This document shows positions 40,330-49,274 of a stretch of 64,000 nucleotides of DNA, one piece after another. Source of the DNA: Eledone cirrhosa (lineage: Eukaryota); NCBI GenBank assembly GCA_964016885.1, contig OZ024741.1, positions 223,138,001-223,202,000 of the forward strand. Direction: 5' to 3'. Each line of letters starts with the position of its first letter. Position 1 is the first letter of the stretch. Both the position numbers and the translations under genes were made by a program. The notes below the pieces were generated by a model that was not told where the DNA came from, ran no database searches, and saw nothing but the letters and a program-made list of their open reading frames with translations.

Positions 40330-40990
40330 CTAGGCATCAACAAAAAACGAATGATTCCAGAGGATTTTCAATCCAAGTCCCATGTATAATTCGCACAAAT
40401 CCCTGGCCTGGCAGTGCTGCCATGAAGCATTGTTGATTCTAGATAAACACAGCAGATACAGACGTACTATCAGCCATACCTGTCCAATAGCGGAGGGCAC
40501 TGAAACCATTCTGCACTCATTTCTTTAGTGCTATAACATTAATGACATGTAGAATTATGTTCAACAGCTGTTATTACATGTTGATACAGCTTTCAGCTGA
40601 ATCTATTGTGTAAAATCGCACCACTGCCTTCCTTTGGCTAGGAAAGGCAGGCTGTTTATATGTGTCTGCTGGCCATGACAAAAGGGGTTGTGAAGTGAAC
40701 AAGATCAAAAGAGCTAAAGCCAAACACTTTCCTCTTTGACCAAGTCCTCATAAACGTTTTCAAATTTTAACTTGAAAAGAAAATTGAGGGTAGAGAGGGA
40801 CATGCAACCTTCCAGTAAATTTGTTGAAATGTGGATGTGAGTGGCAAGCATGATCCAAGTGAATGGGCTTGCTCTGAGTATGCACTTGTAGATTGGAGAA
40901 AGATAACTGAGAAAAGTACTTGCCTTAGTGATTAAGGTGACTATGTTTTGCATGGATTTTTCTATGACAGCCCTTGAAAGATTCCTTTTT
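40330..40990 (+). mobile_element. Old Tx1-like LINE 3' fragment
   Basis: diverged similarity to the reverse complement of 19800-20450 (aaatccctggcctggcagtgct, gtgaatgggcttgctctgagtatg). Confidence 0.65.
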
Positions 40991-41699
40991 TTGGGATGGA
41001 CTGGGTGATTTTCATCGTGGCACCAAAACACTCACCTAACAGAGTGGACTGGGTGCTTTTTTGTTGTGATACGAGCAGACCACCTTACAAGGTTAACTGG
41101 GTGCTTTTTTTTTTGTTTGCCAGCACGATCACCTTAAAGGCTAAACTGGAGCGTTTGTTCCTGTGGTGCCCAGTACCATCACTATACAGTGTGAATTGGG
41201 TGCATTTTGTCATGGCACCAACATTGGTTAATATGGCTAATAAAGAAATCATTATTATTAGGTGGTGGATTAGCAGTATCAGTAGAGCATTGGACAATCT
41301 ACTTTGCACCATAGAGTTACATCCCTTTACGTTCTGAGTTCAAATCCAGCCAAGGTTAACTTTGCCTTTCATCCATACAGTGTTGATAAAATAAAGTACC
41401 AGTAATGCACTGGAGTCAATTTAATCAGCTTATCCCTCCCCACAAAATTGTTGGTCTTGTGCCTAAATCAGAAACCATTATTATTGCCATTAAGGGTGGT
41501 GAATTGGCAGTATCAGTAGAGGGTCGGATGCCATGCTTTCCAGCATAGTTACGGCCCTTAACGGTCTGAGTTCAAATCCCATCAAGGTTAACTTTGCCTT
41601 TCATCCTTACGGAGTCGATAAAATAAAGTACCAGTAATGTACTGGGTATTTGCTGGCCTTGTGCCAAAAGTAGAAACAATTATTATTGCCATTATTATT

Positions 41700-42500
41700 C
41701 AAGTGCAACAACGCACTCGGAGACACTCTGGGCGTCAACAAAGTCGAACTGACCAGTCTGTTCCAGATGACTTTTGAGCTGGGGACTATGGATAATTTCC
41801 AGAAATCCCTCACTTGGCAGTGCTACCGGGGGACACTGCCAGTTTGAGATAAACTCTACAGGCACAAAAGTGTTGTCAGACAGACCTGCCCGAGATGCAT
41901 GCAGAGCGACAAAACTGTTCTGCATGCACTCATCCAGTGAGCATGCATTACTAACATGTGGAGTTATTTTGAACAACTGTTGGCGCATGTAAAATGGATC
42001 CGGCTATTGACCAAGTCCATAGTGAAGATCAACCCGCTGCCTTTTTCGGGCCAGGAAGGGCAGGCAATTTTCCTCTGTCTGGTGGCAGCAGCGAAAGAGG
42101 TTGTATGGTAGACCAGATTGAAAGGACTGAAGACAGACACTTTTCTCTTTCAAGTTTCACTTGGAAAGGAAGGTGAGGGTGGAGAGAAAAGTGCTGCCCC
42201 CAGTACATTTGCTAAAAGGTGGGTGAATGTGGCAAGAATGGCACGTGTGAATGGGCCTACTCTGAGCATGCGCCTGTAGGCTGGTTAATTTGAGTGGGAG
42301 TGGGGTGCCCTTACTGGGTGTACTCGAAGCGTCAGGTGGTTCTCCCCCTATTGGGGAATTTTCATTCTTGTATTTTTATTTTTATTTTGTTACTGTTATT
42401 TATATTGTTTACATGTATTTATGTAAACCTCACTGTTCCTGTCTTTTGTACTGTCCTCTATATGTCGGCCCCTGTGGCCAATAAAGAAATTATTATTATC
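41700..42500 (+). mobile_element. Tx1-like LINE 3' fragment ending in AATAAAGAAATTATTATT, followed by (AGT)n
   Basis: similar to the reverse complement of 19630-20480. Confidence 0.8.
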
Positions 42501-42526
42501 ATTAGTAGTAGTAGCAGCAGCAGCAT

Positions 42527-42561
<35 letters not shown>

Positions 42562-42694
42562 TACTAGACCACCTGTGACCCGTTGTGTCACGTTCACTTA
42601 AAAGTATTTTTTTTAAATCATGTTCACTTAGAAATAATTTTTAAATAATTAAAATATACAGACATGCATATAATATAAAATGAAATTGGAAGGC

Positions 42695-42762
<68 letters not shown>

Positions 42763-43361
42763 GTGGGTGTCTGTGACCTATATACACTGGTCACAGACAC
42801 ACACACACACATATATGTATATTTAGAAACCCTTCCTATTTAGCAGGAAATATTTGCTACACGCATCCTCTCCTAACACAAGTTATATGATACATATGAC
42901 TTAATATTCAGTCACCAAATTCGAGCTAGATACAGTAATGCTTATTTGATTCTTTGAAGTCACCTGTTATAATTTCATTCAACAACACCACCATCTCTCT
43001 CTCTCTCTCTATGTCTATCTTTCAATCTACTCTCTCTCAATGATAATCTCTTTCTCTCTCTCTATTCATGAAGGTACCCAGAAAAACCCTGTATCTCGAG
43101 AACACGTGATTCGATTTAGATGAAACTTGTTTTATTCCATTTGTATTCTCATTTCAGGGGCAATTTCCTTTCAAAGTATTTTCCCATTATGCGCCATTTT
43201 GGCTGCATTAAATTACAGACAAGCACATAATCACACAGTTTTAGTAGTATATAGATAACAGCAACAACAATGACAATTAGTGATGATAATAATACTGACA
43301 ATTATAAGGATGAATAAATGTACCAAAATAGAGGGGAGTGGTTCAACCGTTTCAACATTTA

Positions 43362-46300
43362 TTAAGATTCAATCGAAGGAAGGGTTCCCTCATAGCCTTT
43401 TTTACTTATGAGCCAAAATGTAGTCAGAGCCCGTCCAGCAACAGTCATTTCCCCTCGTAGCTCAGTTTCATAGCCTCCAAGTTCATCAAGAATTTTCACT
43501 GTATGTTCACTGAGCTGAATACGTAAAGGTTCCGAACTGGATTCCATTGTGGCTGCAATTAGCATTGTATCTCCAAAGAGGGTGTAACGAGGCATCTTTA
43601 AACCTACCACTCCAGCTACAACAGGTCCAGAATGAACACCAATACGCAACAGGAGTTTACATTTGGGTAAGTGTGGTACTTTCATTGCTAACATGGTTAT
43701 TACTAAGTCCATTGCTGCTGTTGTAATTTCACCTGCATGGGCATTTCCGTTTCGTTCTGGGACACCACTTGCAACAACATATGCATCTCCAATAGTCTCC
43801 ACCTTGTAGACATCATATTTGTGCAATATGGAGTCAAACGTGCTATAGAGGTTATTCAGAAGATCAACTACTTGCATGGGTTGACTGTTCTTCGCAATTG
43901 TTGTAAAACCAACTATATCACTATAGAATACAGTGACACAGCTGAAGTCCTCTGGTTCCACTTTATTCCCATGTTTTAATTCTTCCACTACTTTTTTGGG
44001 TAACATTTGACTAATGATATTATCTACTTTTGCCTTTTCTGCTTCAAGGTCATGGGTGCGCTCAATCACTACTTGCTCAAGGTTATTAGAATAAGACTCC
44101 AGTAATCGAATTAAGTTGTCCATTAGTTCTCCCTTTGTTGGGTAAATATTATCCAACACTAAAAGAAGTTTAGAAAATGTAGGTCTGATCAGAGGTTCAT
44201 CATTCCACACCTCTTCAAGCATTTTGAGGAATTTTTTCTGAGTTGTTTTCCCTTCTGGTAAAAGTTCACTTTTAAGTTGTGGTCGAATAACAAAGATATC
44301 TCCACCAATTGACTGCCATATTTTCTTCTCCTCTCCCAGAACAGGACTATTTTTTTCAGCTATAAGATCCAAAATACTACTAACGGGCAGAAACATCTGT
44401 TCATAAGCAAATGGTACATCTCGAGTGACAATTTCACTGGCAATTATTCCAAAGGAATAGACATCCCCTTCTTTGGTACCCATTTGAATATCATTTAAAG
44501 CCTCAGCAGATGTTAGTAGTTCAGGCGCTGTCCAAAGAAGCTCATGCATCTTCCTTAATTCACTCTCCCACTCAAAATCTTCTTCAGCCATAAGGTAATT
44601 TCCATAGCGAATTGATGGACAGCCAAAACTGGTCAAACGAATGCACCAACGATTATCCAGTAAACAGTTTGAAGATTTGAGACGTCCATGAGAACCAATA
44701 TTAGTTTTGTTGTGAATGAATTCCATACCACTACAAATGTCTTTTAGAAAAGAAAATCGGAAATCCCAGCCAAGGTGTATGGCATCATTGACAAGAATAT
44801 CTTCAAGACTACCCTTACTTGCTGGCTCTATAAAAAAAGACACATTTGGATACGTAAGACAAGCTCCACCGTAAATGATTAAATTTTTGTGATTTAAAGT
44901 TGTCAATTCAACCATTTCCAGTCGGACTGCTTCATCATCGAGATCAACAGTTCTACAGTTCAAACGTTTCACAAACCATTTCTCACGCTTCCAAGTATAC
45001 AATTCATTAGATATTCGGTTGACATGTGGTCCAGATGAATATTTCTTCACATCGGTTTCCTGATTATCAACTTTTGAAACTTCATCCCACAGAACAAGCC
45101 ACTCAAAGTTTGCCAAAGCAGTCCTAAGGTGGATGCGTTTAATGAAATACCGCATCAGTAGATATATAATGCATATGAGAAAAATTATAGAACAACCAAT
45201 TGGAGCAAGAATAGCTGCAAGATGTATTGAACAGGTTCCACCAAGCCACATTGATGAAATGCACACACATTCTCCAGGCATTACGCACTTGCCATGAATG
45301 CATTTGTTTTCACATACTGGTTCCTTACAATTAGGTCCAGACCAGCCAATGTAACACATACATTCGTTTGGTCTATGACAAAAGCCATGCTTGCACGGAC
45401 ACTGTACCGTTGTGCAATTATTTCCCTCATATCCAGGGAAACATTTACAGGTATTCTCTTTGATGCACTTGCCATTACTGAAGAGAGTAACATCTTCCTG
45501 TGATAACATATGACCACAGCTTTCTTCACATGTAAAAGGCGGTATTACCCACTCCTGACGTTGCATGATTTCAGATGGCCATGGTTGACCAGCTTCTTCA
45601 ATTAATTTATCGTCGTACCGGCTAACCACTCCTGTATATGAAGTATATTTTCTCAGGTTAGCTACAGATTTGGGAATGACTAATGGTGGTATCGTTAAGT
45701 TATATGGAGGTAAATTCAATGGAGACTTCACTTCATAAATATACTCACGTGGTGTTGCACCTCCATATTCAATAAGCCTAATTGGAAGAGCTACTAAATT
45801 AGGAGCAGTTACAGTATCAGTGATAGGATTAACCAAAATAATATTTCCAGTAAAGTCAGTTCTTCTACCTTGATGATTAAGAGCCACCTTTCCTGACAAA
45901 CCAACGAACTTAACCTTTTTCATTTCATTTCCAATTTCATCTCCATAAGCAGTCATTTGGCGGGAAACTATGTTGCTTATTGCTTGAGCCATCAACCACA
46001 TACCATCATAACCAATTGCCAAAAAAGATGCTAGTTCTTTATTTGGATATGTTGCTTTACTTCCTAAATACTTAGTTCTATCAATACTGTAAAATCTTTC
46101 GAGTACATGTATCCATTTTTCTGTTTTGAAGTTACTAAATTTGAAAGTTTGAAAAAAGAGTAGTGACCCGCGATAAGCAATGGTACATTTTGGTTCTATC
46201 TGGCAAACAGCTTCATTCATCAAAGGAAAGGAATGAGCATATTCATTTAAAAAAAGCCATTGGTAATTATCAAGTGTAGAAATACCAAATCGGATTCCAG

Positions 46301-48428
46301 AACGCAAAATATATGGCAAAGATCTAATAGAAAAGCATATAATTATTTTTGTCCCAGCCTCCTTTAGTTGTCTCATCTCTTCACCATAAAATTCTGGTTT
46401 CCAACTGGAATCACTGAAAGAATCAAATTCTGCAACATTCACCTTTGTTTTAACTTCAATATTGAATGCATTCACTTTGTTGTTGAATTCAGTATCAATT
46501 GAGCAATTGCTGCTGGTGATAACTGACACTTTCGTCCATTTTCTTTCTTTACAAGCATTCAGAAAAAAATCGTAAACGACTGACGATTTCCAGCAGATAC
46601 TATTGTATGAATTGTCTCCTAAAAAGTAATCATCTTTGTCAGTCAAAGAAATAACGGGCAGGTTTTCTACAATTGTATTTCTGGCAATGGCTTTTGTGAT
46701 CAATGGATTTGATGACAGAAGGATACCGCGCAATTCCGATTCGCTATTTTTATGCACTTCCCTATGTATTTGGTACTGTTGAATACTAAATTCTAGGTCA
46801 TCTTTAGTATTGAATGATTCAATTGTAACTGACATGCCATACTGTGTAAAAATTCCAGGAAGTTGCCCTGAGGTTATGTCACTAGCAGCAAATTTTACAA
46901 AAGTGTCTATATGTGGATATGGGTTTTTAACTGTTCCAGTTACATTAAAATTCCCGAGATGTCCGATGTGAACTTGCCCTGTCACCTTAAAAGCTGGTGT
47001 TTGGACACTTACACCTTGATATACAGTAGAGAAAATTTCTAACCTTACCGAATCAATAATTTCACATATTGAACCTCTCAGCTCCAACAAACCATCTACT
47101 ATCATCCTTGACATGTCTGATGAAAGACATTTGTTTGGAGGGATCGTTTTAATATAAATGTCTAATTTTGAATCAGGACCAGAGTAAATTCTTTTTCCTT
47201 TATCATCAATAATCATTATTTTTATTTGTCCCGGTATGGGAAAATTTCGAGTAATTTTGATAGGTGAAGTAGCTGATTTTAAATTGTGAATAATTTTTAA
47301 ATTTTTAAATTTCTGGGCTTCAACTGTAATATAATTTGTGAAAGTCATACCTGGAATTCCTGCCAAAGTGGGCTTAGTTAAAGGAGGAAACTCAATATAG
47401 TCTTCGTATGAGTGGCTTCGTCCTAAAAGTGTATCATCATAGCAGGTTTTACAATTTGGTATTCTGAACCATGGATCTCTCGCCATATACATAGTTAAAT
47501 TCAGGTTAAAGCCAGCTACAACATCTAAAATCCTAATATCTTCAAAGTTAACTTTACCAGCCACGGCTTGTTTTCGAATAATTACATCGTTTGTACTTTG
47601 ATGTATCATGGTTGAATTGCCTGCCAGTCGGACTGCAGTGATTTTCAAAAGCATCTTTAAATTCTTTTGGAAATAAAATTTTTTATAGCGATACGGTACG
47701 GTCAACTCTACAAAAGCGATGGAATCTAGGCCTGTCGTAACAATGTTACCTTCGTTATCATGTATCTCAGCTGCAACAGTAAAACCTGTGTTGGCTGTGG
47801 CTACAGTTGGCGGTTGTTCGGTGATGACTAGTTTAGCAGCAGGGGTGGTTATATTGATAGGATGTGTGCTTGTGAGAATGTTTAGCTTGGGTACTTCAAT
47901 TTTATATATTCGGCTGGTGCTTGGCATTTTATTCTCTTTATGATAATGAATAACCCAATCAATTATGATGGTTTTATTGAACACTTTTGTTTTTAGAGTG
48001 GTTGGCCCAATATCTGAACCACATGTCATGTAATATTTGAAGCGATTATATCTCTCAGGAAAAAACACATCAGGATTAGTGTTCTGACATAGCTTACCAT
48101 CAGAGTTCATCCAGGTATCATTTTCTGTAGAAGATATACTGGTCACTAATACTTCCATGTTGTGTAGTGAGTCATCAACTTTACTTCCATTAAATGTATT
48201 TATATAGGCAAAAATCGGATAACTGGTAACTTCGTTTAATGGTACTGAGTACTTCATCTTATGTGTACTGGTAGGTATAATTGCAGGAGGTGAGTTTTGA
48301 TTGTCCAAATTAATCTGATACTTTAAAGCACTACCCAATAACATTTGCTTGTAAAGTGTAACTAAAAGCAGTAGATTAAACAGGATGATGTGACTGTTAT
48401 AATAATGAGTACGCTTCAAGGAGTACAT
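43362..48428 (-). CDS. Single-pass receptor guanylyl cyclase-like protein (natriuretic-peptide-receptor-like), 1688 aa, intronless CDS: signal peptide, N-terminal extension, ANF-receptor/PBP1-like domain, 3 EGF repeats, TM, kinase-homology domain, coiled coil, class III cyclase domain
   Basis: 5067-nt uninterrupted ORF; hydrophobic N-terminus; F-x-GLSGKV-x-L-x3-G-x-R motif ending the PBP domain; Cys spacing of EGF repeats; TM LAAILAPIGCSIIFLICIIYLLM; HGRLKSSNC and LLWTAPELL (KHD); YSNNLEQVVIERT; SDIVGFT, YKVETIGDAY and RIGVHSGPVVAGVVGLKMPRY (cyclase). Confidence 0.96.
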   Translation of the reverse strand: MYSLKRTHYYNSHIILFNLLLLVTLYKQMLLGSALKYQINLDNQNSPPAIIPTSTHKMKYSVPLNEVTSYPIFAYINTFNGSKVDDSLHNMEVLVTSISSTENDTWMNSDGKLCQNTNPDVFFPERYNRFKYYMTCGSDIGPTTLKTKVFNKTIIIDWVIHYHKENKMPSTSRIYKIEVPKLNILTSTHPINITTPAAKLVITEQPPTVATANTGFTVAAEIHDNEGNIVTTGLDSIAFVELTVPYRYKKFYFQKNLKMLLKITAVRLAGNSTMIHQSTNDVIIRKQAVAGKVNFEDIRILDVVAGFNLNLTMYMARDPWFRIPNCKTCYDDTLLGRSHSYEDYIEFPPLTKPTLAGIPGMTFTNYITVEAQKFKNLKIIHNLKSATSPIKITRNFPIPGQIKIMIIDDKGKRIYSGPDSKLDIYIKTIPPNKCLSSDMSRMIVDGLLELRGSICEIIDSVRLEIFSTVYQGVSVQTPAFKVTGQVHIGHLGNFNVTGTVKNPYPHIDTFVKFAASDITSGQLPGIFTQYGMSVTIESFNTKDDLEFSIQQYQIHREVHKNSESELRGILLSSNPLITKAIARNTIVENLPVISLTDKDDYFLGDNSYNSICWKSSVVYDFFLNACKERKWTKVSVITSSNCSIDTEFNNKVNAFNIEVKTKVNVAEFDSFSDSSWKPEFYGEEMRQLKEAGTKIIICFSIRSLPYILRSGIRFGISTLDNYQWLFLNEYAHSFPLMNEAVCQIEPKCTIAYRGSLLFFQTFKFSNFKTEKWIHVLERFYSIDRTKYLGSKATYPNKELASFLAIGYDGMWLMAQAISNIVSRQMTAYGDEIGNEMKKVKFVGLSGKVALNHQGRRTDFTGNIILVNPITDTVTAPNLVALPIRLIEYGGATPREYIYEVKSPLNLPPYNLTIPPLVIPKSVANLRKYTSYTGVVSRYDDKLIEEAGQPWPSEIMQRQEWVIPPFTCEESCGHMLSQEDVTLFSNGKCIKENTCKCFPGYEGNNCTTVQCPCKHGFCHRPNECMCYIGWSGPNCKEPVCENKCIHGKCVMPGECVCISSMWLGGTCSIHLAAILAPIGCSIIFLICIIYLLMRYFIKRIHLRTALANFEWLVLWDEVSKVDNQETDVKKYSSGPHVNRISNELYTWKREKWFVKRLNCRTVDLDDEAVRLEMVELTTLNHKNLIIYGGACLTYPNVSFFIEPASKGSLEDILVNDAIHLGWDFRFSFLKDICSGMEFIHNKTNIGSHGRLKSSNCLLDNRWCIRLTSFGCPSIRYGNYLMAEEDFEWESELRKMHELLWTAPELLTSAEALNDIQMGTKEGDVYSFGIIASEIVTRDVPFAYEQMFLPVSSILDLIAEKNSPVLGEEKKIWQSIGGDIFVIRPQLKSELLPEGKTTQKKFLKMLEEVWNDEPLIRPTFSKLLLVLDNIYPTKGELMDNLIRLLESYSNNLEQVVIERTHDLEAEKAKVDNIISQMLPKKVVEELKHGNKVEPEDFSCVTVFYSDIVGFTTIAKNSQPMQVVDLLNNLYSTFDSILHKYDVYKVETIGDAYVVASGVPERNGNAHAGEITTAAMDLVITMLAMKVPHLPKCKLLLRIGVHSGPVVAGVVGLKMPRYTLFGDTMLIAATMESSSEPLRIQLSEHTVKILDELGGYETELRGEMTVAGRALTTFWLISKKGYEGTLPSIES

Positions 48429-48469
48429 TTTTCAAACTTCATACGTCCTTGTTACGGAGAAGATTGTAT

Positions 48470-48492
48470 CTAGAAAAACAAATACAAACAAT
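48470..48492 (-). promoter_or_regulatory. Probable splice acceptor of a 5'-UTR intron, 41 nt upstream of the cyclase ATG
   Basis: minus strand reads ttgtttgtatttgtttttctAG|ATAC..., a polypyrimidine tract followed by AG. Confidence 0.55.
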
Positions 48493-48934
48493 AGAAACCT
48501 TTTAAATATTGATTCATTCTCATTTGAGATAGCAGCATTTAATTATCAAACTATTTATTAATTTAAAGTTATCTAATTTCAAAACAATTCTATTTCTATA
48601 TAATTATTGAACAATTTGTTCATTACTATTTCAACAGATACAGCAACTCTACATTTCTGCTGATGAGGCTAAAAAAAAAAAAAAAAAAAAATTAAAATCA
48701 TATTTGGTGTTGCTCCCTGAAATTTACAAGAGAAAATGAAAAACTATATTTTCTTATCGTATGTTCTATGAAACGGTCCTGGAAGGGAAAAATAGCTTTT
48801 TCTACTTTAAAGTACATATATTTTCCTGAATATTATTTTCCTTATATATGTGTACAAAAACTGTGTTTCTTAAACAATATATGGTTCTCTCTCTCTCTAC
48901 ATAAATCTTTTAAATTTGAATATATGTGTGTATA

Positions 48935-49262
48935 TATTGTGGTTAGAGCATTGGCCTTGCAATCGAAAGGTTGTGAGTTCAATTCTCAGACCGGGTGATG
49001 TGTTGTTTCCTTGAGCAAGGCACTTTATTTCACATTGCTCCAGTTTATAGAAATGAGATGATAGGGACCCCAGTCCCTATCATTCCACTGCAAAGTGGTC
49101 GTGGAGGTGCCACGGTAAAAAAAGCACCCAGCACTCACTGTAAATGAGGTTGGTGTTAGGAAGGGCATCCAGCTGTAGAAACCAGCCAGAATCAATTCCC
49201 GTCCCACCCTTGCAAGCAGGGAAAAGTGGACGTAAAATGAAATGATGATGAAATGATGATGA
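48935..49262 (+). mobile_element. Second tRNA-derived SINE family with an RTE-derived 3' tail
   Basis: tggttagagc...ggttgtgagttcaattctc head; gtttccttgagcaaggcacttt core; tail shared with the RTE 3' UTR; inverted copy at 51720-52052. Confidence 0.8.
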
Positions 49263-49274
49263 TATACACACACA

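Noticed and set aside
48660-48690. CTGATGAG as another hammerhead core
   Set aside because: It is followed by poly(A), with no stem II or GAAA
48935-48995. tRNA gene
   Set aside because: No acceptor stem; it continues into a SINE core and tail and has a dispersed copy at ~52000
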